A stretch of DNA of 64,000 nt from Squalus acanthias (lineage: Eukaryota): positions 55,864,001 to 55,928,000 of the forward strand of contig CM059438.1 of the NCBI GenBank assembly GCA_030390025.1, given 5' to 3'. This document shows positions 39,301 through 53,994 of the stretch, piece after piece. A program made the position numbers and the translations under genes. A model generated the notes under the pieces. The model made no database searches. It worked only from the letters and a program-made list of their open reading frames with translations, and was not told the DNA's origin. Position 1 is the stretch's first letter; each line of letters starts with the position of its first letter.

Positions 39301-42300
39301 ACCTCCTCACACACTGCCCGCAACCTCACACACTGCCCGCAACCTCACACACTGCCCGCAACCTCCTCACACACTGCCCGCAACCTCACACACTGCCCGC
39401 AACCTCACACACTGCCCGCAACCTCCTCACACACTGCCCGCAACCTCACACACTGCCCGCAACCTCACACACTGCCCGCAACCTCACACACTGCCCGCAA
39501 CCTCCTACACACTGCCCGCAACCTCACACACTGCCCGCAACCTCACACACTGCCCGCAACCTCCTCACACACTGCCCGCAACCTCACACACTGCCCGCAA
39601 CCTCACACACTGCCCGCAACCTCCTCACACACTGCCCGCAACCCCTCACACACTGCCCGCAACCTCACACACTGCCCGCAACCTCACACACTGCCCGCAA
39701 CCTCCTCACACACTGCCCGCAACCTCCTCACACACTGCCCGCAACCTCACACACTGCCCGCAACCTCACACACTGCCCGCAACCTCCTCACACACTGCCC
39801 GCAACCTCACACACTGCCCGCAACCTCACACACTGCCCGCAACCTCACACACTGCCCGCAACCTCACACACTGCCCGCAACCTCACACACTGCCCGCAAC
39901 CTCCTCACACACTGCCCGCAACCTCACACACTGCCCGCAACCTCACACACTGCCCGCAACCTCACACACTGCCCGCAACCTCCTCACACACTGCCCGCAA
40001 CCTCACACACTGCCCGCAACCTCACACACTGCCCGCAACCTCCTCACACACTGCCCGCAACCCTCACACACTGCCCGCAACCTCCTCACACACTGCCCGC
40101 AACCTCCTCACACACTGCCCGCAACCTCCTCACACATTGCCCGCAACCTCCTCACACACTGCCCGCAACCTCACACACTCCCCGCAACCTCACACACTGC
40201 CCGCAACCTCCTCACACACTGCCCGCAACCACCTCACACACTGCCCACAACCTCCTCACACACTGCCCGCAACCTCACACACTGCCACAACCTCCTCACA
40301 CACTGCCCGCAACCACCTCACACACTGCCCGCAACCACCTCACACACTGCCCGCAACCTCCTCACACACTGCCTGCAACCTCCTCACACACTGCCCGCAA
40401 CCACTCACACATTGCCCGCAACCTCCTCACACACTGCCCACAACCTCACACACTGACCGCAACCTCCTCACACACTGCCCGCAACCTCCTCACACACTGC
40501 CCGCAACCTCACACACTGCCCGCAAACTCACACACTGCCCGCAACCTCCTCACACACTGCCCGCAACCTCACACACTGCCCGCAACCTCACACACTGCCC
40601 GCAACCTCACACACTGCCCGCAAACTCCTCACACACTGCCCGCAACCTCCTCACACACTGCCCGCAACCTCACACACTGCCCGCAACCTCACACACTGCC
40701 CGCAACCTCCTCACACACTGCCCGCAACCTCACACACTGCCCGCAACCTCACACACTGCCCGCAACCTCACACACTGCCCGCAACCTCACACACTGCCCG
40801 CAACCTCCTCACACACTGCCCGCAACCTCACACACTGCCCGCAACCCTCACACACTGCCCGCAACCTCCTCACACACTGCCCGCAACCTCTCACACACTG
40901 CCCGCAACCTCACACACTGCCCGCAACCTCACACACTGCCCGCAACCTCACACACTGCCCGCAACCTCACACACTGCCCGCAACCCCTCACACACTGCCC
41001 GCAACCTCCTCACACACTGCCCGCAACCTCACACACTGCCCGCAACCTCACACACTGCCCGCAACCTCCTCACACACTGCCCGCAACCTCCTCACACACT
41101 GCCCGCAACCTCACACACTGCCCGCAACCTCACACACTGCCCGCAACCTCACACACTGCCCGCAACCTCACACACTGCCCGCAACCTCACACACTGCCCG
41201 CAACCTCCTCACACACTGCCCGCAACTCCTCACACACTGCCGCAACCTCACACACTGCCCGCAACCTCACACACTGCCCGCAACCACCTCACACACTGCC
41301 CGCAACCTCACACATTGCCCGCAACCTCACACACTGCCCGCAACCTCCTCGCACACTGCCCGCAACCTCACACACTGCCCGCAACCTCACACACTGCCCG
41401 CAACCTCACACACTGTCCACAACCTCCTCACACACTGCCCACAACCTCCTCACACACTGCCCGCAACCTCACACACTGCCCACTACCTCACACACTGCCC
41501 GCAACCTCACACACTGCCCGCAACCACCTCACACACTGCCCGCAACCTCACACACCGCCCGCAACCTCCTCACACACTGCCCGCAACCTCCTCACACACT
41601 GCCCGCAACCTCCTCACACACTGCCCGCAACCTCCTCACACACTGCCCACAACCTCCTCACACACTGCCCGCAACCTCACAAACTGCCCACAACCTCCTC
41701 ACACACTGCCCGCAACCACCTCACACACTGCCCGCAACCACCTCACACACTGCCCGCAACCTCCTCACACACTGCCTGCAACCTCCTCACACACTGCCCG
41801 CAACCACCTCACACATTGCCCGCAACCTCCTCACACACTGCCCACAACCTCACACACTGACCGCAACCTCCTCACACACTGCCCGCAACCTCCTCACACA
41901 CTGCTCGCAACCTCACACACTGCCCGCAACCTCACACACTGCCGCAACCTCCTCACACACTGCCCGCAACCTCACACACTGCCCGCAACCTCACACACTG
42001 CCCGCAACCTCACACACTGCCCGCAACCTCCTCACACACTGCCCGCAACCTCACACACTGCCCGCAACCTCACACACTGCCCGCAACCTCCTCACACACT
42101 GCCCGCAACCTCCTCACACACTGCCCGCAACCTCACACACTGCCCGCAACCTCACACACTGCCCGCAACCTCCTACACACTGCCGCAACCTCACACACTG
42201 CCCGCAACCTCACACACTGCCCGCAACCTCCTCACACACTGCCCGCAACCTCACACACTGCCCGCAACCTCACACACTGCCCGCAACCTCCTCACACACT

Positions 42301-45300
42301 GCCCGCAACCACCTCACACACTGCCCGCAACCTCCTACACACTGCCCGCAACCTCACACACTGCCCGCAACCTCCTCACACACTGCCCGCAACCTCCTCA
42401 CACACTGCCCGCAACCTCACACACTGCCCGCAACCTCACACACTGCCCGCAACCTCCTCACACACTGCTCGCAACCTCACACACTGCCCGCAACCTCACA
42501 CACTGCCCGCAACCTCACACACTGCCCGCAACCTCACACACTGCCCGCAACCTCACACACTGCCCGCAACCTCCTCACACACTGCCCGCAACCTCACACA
42601 CTGCCCGCAACCTCACACACTGCCCGCAACCTCACACACTGCCCGCAACCTCCTCACACACTGCCCGCAACCTCACACACTGCCCGCAACCTCACACACT
42701 GCCCGCAACCTCACACACTGCCCGCAAGCTCCTCACACACTGCCCGCTAGCTCACACACTGCCCACAACCTCACACACTGCCCACAACCTCAAACACTGC
42801 CCGCAACCTCACAAACTGCCCGCAACCTCACACACTGCCCACAACCTCCTCACACACTGCCCGCAACCTCACACACTGCCCGCAACCTCACAAACTGCCC
42901 GCAACCTCACACACTGCCCGCAACCTCCTCACACACTGCCCGCAACCACCTCACACACTGCCCGCAACCTCCTCACACACTGCCCGCAACCTCCTCACAC
43001 ACTTCCGCAACCTCACACACTGCCCGCAACCTCACACACTGCCCGCAACCTCACACACTGCCCGCAACCTCACACACTGCCCGCAACCTCACACACTGCC
43101 CGCAACATCCTCTCATACTGCCCGCAACCTCCTAACACACTGCCCGCAACCTCACACACTGCCCGCAACATCACACACTGCCCGCAACCACCTCACACAC
43201 TGCCCGCAACCTCACACATTGCCCGCAACCTCACACACTGCCCGCAACCTCCTCGCACACTGCCCGCAACCTCACACACTGCCCGCAACCTCACACACTG
43301 CCCACAACCTCACACACTGTCCACAACCTCCTCACACACTGCCCACAACCTCCTCACACACTGCCCGCAACCTCACACACTGCCCACTACCTCACACACT
43401 GCCCGCAACCTCACACACTGTCCGCAACCACCTCACACACTGCCCGCAACCTCACACACCGCCCGCAACCTCCTCACACACTGCCCGCAACCTCCTCACA
43501 CACTGCTCGCAACCTGCTCACACACTGCCCGCAACCTCACTCACTGCCCGCAACCTCACACACTGCCCGCAACCTCACACACTGCCCGCAACCTCCTCAC
43601 ACACTGCCCGCAACCACCTCACACATTGCCCGCAACCTCCTCACACACTGCCCGCAACCTCCTCACACACTGCCCGCAACCTCCTCACACATTGCCCGCA
43701 ACCTCCTCACACACTGCCCGCAACCTCACACACTCCCCGCAACCTCACACACTGCCCGCAACCTCCTCACACACTGCCCGCAACCTCACACACTGCCCGC
43801 AACTGCACACACTGCCCGCAACCTCACACACTGCCCGCAACCTCACACACTGCCCACTACCTCACACCCTGCCCGCAACCTCACACACTGCCCGCAACCA
43901 CCTCACACACTGCCCGCAACCTCACACACCGCCCGCAACCTCCTCACACCCTGCCCGCAACCTCCTCACACACTGCCCGCAACCTCCTCACACACTGCCC
44001 GCAACCACCTCACACACTGCCCACAACCTCCTCACACACTGCCCGCAACCTCACACACTGCCCACAACCTCCTCACACACTGCCCGCAACCACCTCACAC
44101 ACTGCCCGCAACCACCTCACACACTGCCCGCAACCTCCTCACACACTGCCTGCAACCTCCTCACACACTGCCCGCAACCACCTCACACATTGCCCGCAAC
44201 CTCCTCACACACTGCCCACAACCTCACACACTGACCGCAACCTCCTCACACACTGCCCGCAACCTCCTCACACACTGCTCGCAACCTCACACACTGCCCG
44301 CAAACTCACACACTGCCCGCAACCTCACACACTGCCCGCAACCTCACACACTGCCCGCAACCTCACACACTGCCCGCAACCTCCTCACACACTGCCCGCA
44401 ACCTCGCACACTGCCCGCAACCTCACACACTGCCCGCAACCTCCTCACACACTGCCCGCAACCTCCTCACACACTGCCCGCAACCTCACACACTGCCCGC
44501 AACCTCACACACTGCCCGCAACCTCCTATAACACTTTTCGCAACCTCACACACTGCCCGCAACCTCACACACTGCCCGCAACCTCCTCACACACTTTTCG
44601 CAACCTCACACACTGCCCGCAACCTCACACACTGCCCGCAACCTCCTCACACACTGCCCGCAACCACCTCACACACTGCCCGCAACCTCCTTAGACACTG
44701 CCCGCAACCTCACACACTGCCCGCAACCTCCTCACACACTGCCCGCAACCTCCTCACACACTGCCCGCAACCTCACACACTGCCCGCAGCCTCACACACT
44801 GCCCGCAACCTCCTCACACACTGCTCGCAACCTCACACACTGCCCGCAACCTCACACACTGCCCGCAACCTCACACACTGCCCGCAACCTCACAAACTGC
44901 CAGCAACCTCACACACTGCCCGCAACCTCCTCACACACTGTCTGCAACCTCACACACTGCCCGCAACCTCACACACTGCCCGCAACCTCACACACTGCCC
45001 GCAACCTCCTCACACACTGCCCGCAACCTCACACACTGCCCGCAACCTCACACACTGCCCGCAACCTCACACACTGCCCGCAACCTCCTCACACACTGCC
45101 CGCTACCTCACACACTGCCCACAACCTCACACACTGCCCACAACCTCAAACACTGCCCGCAACCTCACAAACTGCCCGCAACCTCACACACTGCCCACAA
45201 CCTCCTCACACACTGCCCGCAACCTCACACACTGCCCGCAACCTCACAAACTGCCCGCAACCTCACACACTGCCCGCAACCTCCTCACACACTGCCCGCA

Positions 45301-48245
45301 ACCACCTCACACACTGCCCGCAACCTCCTCACACACTGCCCGCAACCTCCTCACACACTTCCCGCAACCTCACACACTGCCCGCAACCTCACACACTGCC
45401 CGCAACCTCACACACTGCCCGCAACCTCACACACTGCCCGCAACCTCACACACTGCCCGCAACATCCTCACATACTGCCCGCAACCTCCTAACACACTGC
45501 CCGCAACCTCACACACTGCCCGCAACATCACACACTGCCCGCAACCACCTCACACACTGCCCGCAACCTCACACATTGCCCGCAACCTCACACACTGCCC
45601 GCAACCTCCTCGCACACTGCCCGCAACCTCACACACTGCCCGCAACCTCACACACTGCCCACAACCTCACACACTGTCCACAACCTCCTCACACACTGCC
45701 CACAACCTCCTCACACACTGCCCGCAACCTCACACACTGCCCACTACCTCACACACTGCCCGCAACCTCACACACTGCCCGCAACCACCTCACACACTGC
45801 CCGCAACCTCACACACCGCCCGCAACCTCCTCACACACTGCCCGCAACCTCCTCACACACTGCTCGCAACCTCCTCACACACTGCCCGCAACCTCACTCA
45901 CTGCCCGCAACCTCACACACTGCCCGCAACCTCACACACTGCCCGCAACCTCCTCACACACTGCCCGCAACCACCTCACACACTGCCCGCAACCTCCTCA
46001 CACACTGCCCGCAACCTCACACACTGCCCGCAACCTCACACACTGCCCGCAAACTCCTCACACACTGCCCGCAACCTCACACACTGCCCGCAACCTCACA
46101 CACTGCCCGCAACCTCACACACTGCCCGCAACCTCACACACTGCCCGCAACCTCACACACTGCCCGCAACCTCCTCACACACTGCCCGCAACCTCACACA
46201 CTGCCCGCAACCTCACACACTGCCCGCAACCTCCTCACACACTGCCCGCAACCTCCTCACACACTGCCCGCAACCTCACACACTGCCCGCAACCTCACAC
46301 ACTGCCCGCAACCACCTCACACACTGCCCGCAACCTCACACATTGCCCGCAACCTCACACACTGCCCGCAACCTCCTCGCACACTGCCCGCAACCTCACA
46401 CACTGCCCGCAACCTCACACACTGCCCGCAACCTCACACACTGCCCGCAACATCCTCACATACTGCCCGCAACCTCCTAACACACTGCCCGCAACCTCAC
46501 ACACTGCCCGCAACATCACACACTGCCCGCAACCACCTCACACACTGCCCGCAACCTCACACATTGCCCGCAACCTCACACACTGCCCGCAACCTCCTCG
46601 CACACTGCCCGCAACCTCACACACTGCCCGCAACCTCACACACTGCCCACAACCTCACACACTGTCCACAACCTCCTCACACACTGCCCACAACCTCCTC
46701 ACACACTGCCCGCAACCTCACACACTGCCCACTACCTCACACACTGCCCGCAACCTCACACACTGTCCGCAACCACCTCACACACTGCCCGCAACCTCAC
46801 ACACCGCCCGCAACCTCCTCACACACTGCCCGCAACCTCCTCACACACTGCTCGCAACCTCCTCACACACTGCCCGCAACCTCACTCACTGCCCGCAACC
46901 TCACACACTGCCCGCAACCTCACACACTGCCCGCAACCTCCTCACACACTGCCCGCAACCACCTCACACACTGCCCGCAACCTCCTCACACACTGCCCGC
47001 AACCTCACACACTGCCCGCAACCTCACACACTGCCCGCAAACTCCTCACACACTGCCCGCAACCTCACACACTGCCCGCAACCTCACACACTGCCCGCAA
47101 CCTCACACACTGCCCGCAACCTCACACACTGCCCGCAACCTCACACACTGCCCGCAACCTCCTCACACACTGCCCGCAACCTCACACACTGCCCGCAACC
47201 TCACACACTGCCCGCAACCTCCTCACACACTGCCCGCAACCTCCTCACACACTGCCCGCAACCTCACACACTGCCCGCAACCTCACACACTGCCCGCAAC
47301 CACCTCACACACTGCCCGCAACCTCACACATTGCCCGCAACCTCACACACTGCCCGCAACCTCCTCGCACACTGCCCGCAACCTCACACACTGCCCGCAA
47401 CCTCACACACTGCCCGCAACCTCACACACTGTCCACAACCTCCTCACACACTGCCCACAACCTCCTCACACACTGCCCGCAACCTCACACACTGCCCACT
47501 ACCTCACACACTGCCCGCAACCTCACACACTGCCCGCAACCACCTCACACACTGCCCGCAACCTCACACACCGCCCGCAACCTCCTCACACACTGCCCGC
47601 AACCTCCTCACACACTGCTCGCAACCTCCTCACACACTGCCCGCAACCTCACTCACTGCCCGCAACCTCACACACTGCCCGCAACCTCACACACTGCCCG
47701 CAACCTCCTCACACACTGCCCGCAACCACCTCACACACTGCCCGCAACCTCCTCACACACTGCCCGCAACCTCACACACTGCCCGCAACCTCACACACTG
47801 CCCGCAAACTCCTCACACACTGCCCGCAACCTCACACACTGCCCGCAACCTCACACACTGCCCACAACCATCTCACACACTGCCCGCAGCCTCACACACT
47901 GCCCGCAACCTCACACTCTGCCCGCAACCTCACACACTGCCCGCAACCTCCTCTCACACTGCCCGCAACTACCTCACACACTGCCCGCAACCTCACACAC
48001 TGCCCGCAACCTCACACTCTGCCCGCAACCTCACACACTGCCCGCAACCTCCTCTCACACTGCCCGCAACTACCTCACACGCTGCCCGCAACCTCACACA
48101 CTGCCCGCAACCTCACACACTGCCCGCAGCCTCCTCACACACTGCCCGCAACCTCCTCACACACTGCCCGCAACCTCCTCACACACTGCCCGCAACCTCC
48201 TCACACACTGCCCGCAAGCTCCTCACACACTCCCCGCAACCTCCT
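27400..48245. repeat. ~21-kb minisatellite of 19/22-bp units CACACACTGCCCGCAACCT(CCT)
   Basis: Direct tandem repetition of interleaved 19-mers and 22-mers. Confidence 0.99.
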
Positions 48246-48252
48246 GAGACAA

Positions 48253-49735
48253 ATATGAAAGACCCTCATTCACAAATTGAACATATGAACAATGATGGAC
48301 AGGTAAAGTCCCTCTGGTCCAACCAGCCTGTCCCACACAATCACGATACCTTGTGTATCACAACATATACACTCCACCCCACCCCAAACCATGTGATCTC
48401 CTGGGATAGGCATAAAACCAGATCAAAACCCCGGCCAATTTGGGGAAAAAGATCTGAGAAATTCCTCTCCGATCCATCTGGACAATCGAAGCTAGTCCAG
48501 GAGATCACTCTGGCCTTGAATTCCCTCCAGTGCCTCCCTTCTATCAGAGGTCGTCTCTGCCCCAGCCAGGAACAGGTCCAGCTCTCGCTCGAGGGAATTC
48601 AGCCAATCAGCATCAGCACGAGCCGCCAGCCTGTTCCATTTGTCCACTATTCTCGAACAGAAGAACCTAACCTATATCTGGCCTTTACAACTTGAAATTG
48701 TGATCCCTGGTCCTCCCTAACCCATTGGAACAAACTGTCAACTGGAACACAGTCTATTCCATTCATCATCTTATAAACCTCAATCAGATCACCCCTAAAT
48801 CTACGCTTCTTTAAAGTGTAGAGTTCCAGCTCTTTTAGCCTAGCTTGATAACTAAGATGCTTTAAACTGGGAATTAGTCTAGTGGCTCCTCCTCTGCATC
48901 CTTTCCAAAGCCTCAATATCACCCACCATGTGAGGAGACCAAAACTGGACACAGTATTCCAAGTGCAGCCTGACCAAGGCCTTGTACAACAACAAAATAT
49001 TATGCCTTGTCTTATAATCAATTGTCCTATGGATACACCCCAACACCCTATTCACTCTAGTTATCGCTTCACGGCATTGCTCATGTACCTTTAGAGCTGT
49101 ATGCACTAGAATGCTCAGATCTCTTTCTTTCTCCACCTTCTTTAATGCTTTTCCCTGAAGGGCGTATGAATGTTGAGCATTCACCCTGCCCACATGCATA
49201 ACACTGCACTTTTCCAAGCTAAATATCATTTGTCAGTCATGAGCCCAATTCCCCAACACATTAAGATCCGCCTGAAGCAGTAGAGCATTGTCCACAGTCC
49301 TGAAACTCTCAAGGATCTTAGTGTCATCTGCAAATTTGCAGATGGTGGCCCCAACACCTACATCCAGATCATTAATAAAAATAGTAAAGAGCAACAGTCC
49401 CAACACCGATCTCTGGTGACTGGTCTCCAAACATCCAAATCCATCTATAATTACTTTCCGCCTACATCCTCCCAGCCAGTTCTCAATCCAGCTCAATATA
49501 TTACCACTAATACCAGAAGCTTCAATCTTGTAGAGAAGCCTCTTGTGTGGTACCTTATCAACAGCTTTATAGAAGTCTAGGTAGACAATGTCTACTGGGC
49601 TTCCCTCATCCACCACATTGGTGACTTCTTCAAAAAATACATTTCGATTTGCAAGACATGACCTTTTTAAGAAGCCATGTTGGGTGTCCCTGATATTCCC
49701 CTCCTTATCCAGATAATCATATATTGCATCTAAAG
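48253..49735 (-). mobile_element. Decayed, 5'-truncated CR1-clade LINE (RT and C-terminus, 3' UTR)
   Basis: VDIVYLDFYKAVDKVPH, LGLLLFTIFINDL, KFADDTK, LYKALVRLHLEYCVQFWSP and RFRGDLIEVYKM, split over several frames with deletions. (TTCATAT)-like tail near 48253-48288. Confidence 0.9.
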
Positions 49736-50119
49736 ACCCTCAGACACAAAATGAGAGACCTTCAGACACAAACATTTTCAAAATAAGGGAGAAGCGTTTT
49801 GCAGTGCTGCAGGCCCAGTTAGTTGTGTGTTGTATAATTCGATGGGTACGATATCGGCTTTTTGCATAAGTAGACAAAAGAGAAAGGATTTGGTAGGTGT
49901 TGGTGGTCAGAAGCAAAGTGCTCACAGCTGCATCACTGAATCCTGGCCCTGGAATTCCTGCGATCCAGGAACATCACTACAAGGTGGGAATTTGGTTATA
50001 CCGTGTGGCGCGATTACTGTGGGCAGATAATCTCCAAGTCAAGGGGATGTGCCTGGCCTGTTAAAACATTCTAGTTACTCTGCCCTTAATAGGCTTCAGT
50101 GGCGCTAATGACAGCAGAC

Positions 50120-51991
50120 GACTGGGAGCTGGGGACTGAGAGCTGAGAGCTGGGAGCTGGGAGCTGGGGACTGAGAGCTGGGAGCTGGGGACTGAGAGCT
50201 GGGGACTGAGAGCTGGGAGCTGGGGACTGAGAGCTGGGGACTGAGAGCTGGGAGCTGGGGACTGAGAGCTGGGGACTGAGAGCTGGGAGCTGGGGACTGA
50301 GAGCTGGGGACTGAGAGCTGGGAGCTGGGGGCTGGGAGCTGGGAGCTGGGGACTGAGAGCTGGGGACTGAGAGCTGGGAGCTGGGGACTGGGAGCTGGGA
50401 GCTGGGGACTGAGAGCTGGGAGCTGGGGACTGAGAGCTGGGGACTGAGAGCTGGGAGCTGGGGACTGGGAGCTGGGAGCTGGGAGCTGGGGACTGGGAGC
50501 TGGGAGCTGGGGACTGGGGACTGAGAGCTGGGAGCTGGGGACTGAGAGCTGGGAGCTGGGAGCTGGGAGCTGGGGACTGGGAGCTGGGAGCTGGGAGCTG
50601 GGGACTGGGGACTGGGGACTGAGAGCTGGGAGCTGGGGACTGAGAGCTGGGAGCTGGGGACTGGGAGCTGGGGACTGAGAGCTGAGAGCTGGGGACTGGG
50701 AGCTGGGAGCTGGGGACTGAGAGCTGGGGACTGAGAGCTGGGAGCTGGGGACTGAGAGCTGGGGACTGGGAGCTGGGAGCTGGGGAATGAGAGCTGGGAG
50801 CTGGGGACTGAGAGCTGGGAGCTGGGGACTGAGAGCTGGGGACTGGGAGCTGGGAGCTGGGGACTGAGAGCTGGGGACTGAGAGCTGGGAGCTGGGACTG
50901 AGAGCTGGGGACTGGGAGCTGGGAGCTGGGGAATGAGAGCTGGGAGCTGGGGACTGAGAGCTGGGAGCTGGGAGCTGGGAGCTGGGGACTGGGGACTGAG
51001 AGCTGGGAGCTGGGGACTGAGAGCTGAGAGCTGGGGACTGGGAGCTGGGAGCTGGGAGCTGGGGACTGGGGACTGAGAGCTGGGAGCTGGGGACTGAGAG
51101 CTGGGGACTGAGAGCTGGGAGCTGGGGACTGAGAGCTGGGGACTGAGAGCTGGGAGCTGGGGACTGAGAGCTGGGGACTGAGAGCTGGGAGCTGGGGACT
51201 GAGAGCTGGGGACTGAGAGCTGGGAGCTGGGGGCTGGGAGCTGGGAGCTGGGGACTGGGGACTGAGAGCTGTGGACTGAGAGCTGGGAGCTGGGGACTGA
51301 GAGCTGGGAGCTGGGGACTGAGAGCTGGGAGCTGGGAGCTGGGAGCTGGGGACTGGGAGCTGGGTGCTGGGGACTGAGAGCTGGGGACTGGGAGCTGGGA
51401 GCTGGGGACTGAGAGCTGGGAGCTGGGGACTGAGAGCTGGGAGCTGGGGACTGAGAGCTGGGAGCTGGGTGCTGGGGACTGAGAGCTGGGGACTGAGAGC
51501 TGGGAGCTGGGGACTGAGAGCTGGGAGCTGGGGACTGAGAGCTGGGAGCTGGGGACTGAGAGCTGGGGACTGAGAGCTGGGGACTGAGAGCTGAGAGCTG
51601 GGTGCTGGGTGCTGGGAGCTGGGGACTGAGAGCTGGGGACTGAGAGCTGGGAGCTGGGGACTGAGAGCTGGGAGCTGGGGACTGAGAGCTGGGAGCTGGG
51701 GACTGAGAGCTGGGAGCTGGGGACTGGGAGCTGGGAGCTGGGGACTGAGAGCTGGGAGCTGGGGACTGGGAGCTGGGAGCTGGGGACTGAGAGCTGGGAG
51801 CTGGGAGCTGGGGACTGGGAGCTGGGAGCTGGGAGCTGGGGACTGGGAGCTGGGAGCTGGGAGCTGGGGACTGAGAGCTGGGGACTGGGAGCTGGGAGCT
51901 GGGTGCTGGGAGCTGGGGACTGAGAGCTGGGGACTGTGAGCTGGGAGCTGGGGACTGAGAGCTGGGGGCTGAGAGTTGGGGAGTGAGAGCT
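50120..51991. repeat. G-rich minisatellite built from 7-mers GAGCTGG and GGACTG(A/G) (14/21/28-bp combinations)
   Basis: Direct tandem repetition, e.g. GAGCTGG-GAGCTGG-GGACTGA. Confidence 0.97.
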
Positions 51992-52384
51992 TGTACCAGT
52001 CTTACTGAGGACAGGGAACAAGGCCGTTAAAATGTCTGCAAAGAATAAAGTAACGGCCCAAGAAAGGACATCAGGAGCCGCTGTGGAATGGCTGGCTGAC
52101 CCACCATCATTGGCCAAGTGATTGGCGTGGGTGCCTTTGCTGTGCCCACCATGACCACATCCCTGTCACTTCAGCTGCAGATGGACCGACAGAGCTTCCT
52201 GACCACCGCACGGTGAGTTTCGGGGCTGTGGAATTTTACAGCACGTGATGGGACCATTCAACGCCTGCCTGTACCTGCTTTGTGAAAGAGCTTTCCCCTT
52301 CGTTCCATCATCCGGCCATTTACCCAGACTCTTTTACACTTTTATTTTTCAAATATTTATCCACCTCTCCTTTACATCGAATTA

Positions 52385-52850
52385 AATAGAATTATACAGC
52401 ACAGGAACAGACCATTCGTCCGTGCCGGTGCTTATGATCCACACGCGCCTCCTTCCACCCCTCTTCATCTCACCCTATCAGCAGATCCGTCTATTCCTTT
52501 CCCCCTCATGCACTTATCGAGCTTCATCTTAAATACATCTATGCTATGTGGTGGCAAGTTCTACATTCTAACCAACTGTTCTAGACTTCTGCTCCCTCAC
52601 TCTTTCTGGTCGGGCATTCCATGTCCTAACAACCCTCTGTTTAAAATTTCTCTTATCCTTTCCCTTCATTCTGTTGGCGATGATTATAAATTTACTCCCT
52701 CTAATTACCAGCTCACCGACCAGTGGAAATAGTTTTCCCCTTTTTACCTGATCAAAACCCTTAAAATTGTGAACATCTCGATGAGATCTCCTCTTAACTT
52801 GCTGTAACTCCAATGAAAGTAGCCCCAGTTTCTCATCACTAAATCTATTC
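52385..52850 (-). mobile_element. Old CR1 LINE 3' fragment
   Basis: EKLGLLSLE..RRS....FKGFDQV..GKLFPLVGELVIRGSKF...QRVVRTWNA matches a CR1 ORF2 C-terminus; CR1-type 3' UTR at 52385-52420. Confidence 0.7.
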
Positions 52851-52869
52851 AACTACCAGTGTTCGCCAT

Positions 52870-53575
52870 CATTACCCCTCTGAAACTGACCGCAACCTCA
52901 GGATGTAGCGCGTGCGCATCTAAAGGCGGAATCCTGAAGCTGCAGTCAGTCGTTCACTGCTCCGACACTGGCTGCACTGTGGACTCCCCACCCCGCTCCC
53001 CCACCACCCATAGTCGGCACTCAGTGTAATCAGTGAAACTGATGGAAACTTGGGCTTTTCCACGGTAATATCGCTGTTAAATACCCCATTAAATGTTAAG
53101 TCTTGTTAGAATAGGTGTAACTGGAGTTTTAACAACGTATTGATGGCTAAACAAACGACATGGCCCTGAAAAACGAATTTTTATATTTGTGGAGAGTCAA
53201 ATTTCTCCATTATGATAAAAATTACATTTTTTTAAAACTTTAAAGTTTGTTCATGATATTTCAGCTTCTACCTCATCCCCATGTGAGAGCCCCAATCTTT
53301 GTTTTGCTCTCTGTAACATTTTTAAAAAGTCCGAATAAAAGCAGCTTCTCATTTCCTGGTTTGCTGTTTGTGAGAATTCTTCAAAGTGATTGGCTGCTTA
53401 GACAGCTTGTTGACGTCAATGCCGCTCTTCGTTGGGAATCCCCTATTGACAGAGCACTGCAATCAATTACACATCAAAAAAGGCAAACCTCTGGCCAGAG
53501 ATCGCGAGTTCTCTCTGGGCAGCTTTCTTCGGGGCCAGTGCCTTTGCTTCACCGCTGACCGCAAATTACAGTCCA
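52870..53575. mobile_element. Possible decayed non-autonomous DNA transposon
   Basis: GC-rich arms around an AT-rich core, ending gcaaattacagtcc, similar in style to the other Harbinger-like termini here. No matched TIR pair found. Confidence 0.25.
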
Positions 53576-53994
53576 ATAACTGTACAAGTCCGAGATATAG
53601 TTCATCAAAAGTGGTGAAGATATCTGAGCCCTGATAGTGGTTAAAGAATGTCTGGGACATGGCTAGCTGTATCTGGGATTTGAGAACCTTGACCATGTAC
53701 AGTTCAATTTGCACTCGAACAAAGACCCTGTGCCCTGACTACGGTCCAGATTAATTAGCTTGGCCTGGCCCCATAGACTACTTCCTCCATTCGGAAGTTA
53801 ACTAAGAGAAGATGGCTTCCATTTTAACTCTTGTTATTTCAAAACTGTGTGAAATAAAAGACAGAGAGCAGGAGAAGGCTTTATACACAGAGGAAATAGG
53901 CAATCGAGTTAGTGATTGAAGCAGAGACCACATCAACATTTAAGAATAGGTTAGATCGGCAGTTGAAGGAAATGGGGATAAATGGATTTGGGAA

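Noticed and set aside
17794..48245. CRISPR-like arrays
   Set aside because: No unique spacers between repeats, no cas genes, and a vertebrate context.
27142..48695. Giant ORFs of up to 5592 aa (HTLPATSHTARNLTHCPQP repeats)
   Set aside because: Translations of a stop-free 19/22-bp satellite, open in all three + frames; one even crosses the N gap. Unit lengths are not multiples of three.
50105..52117. 670-aa PSSQ-rich ORF on the minus strand
   Set aside because: Translation of the 7-mer satellite with no recognisable domain at either end.
53463..53714. 83-aa minus-strand ORF with protein-like composition
   Set aside because: No recognised motif or splice signals, and it overlaps a probable repeat.
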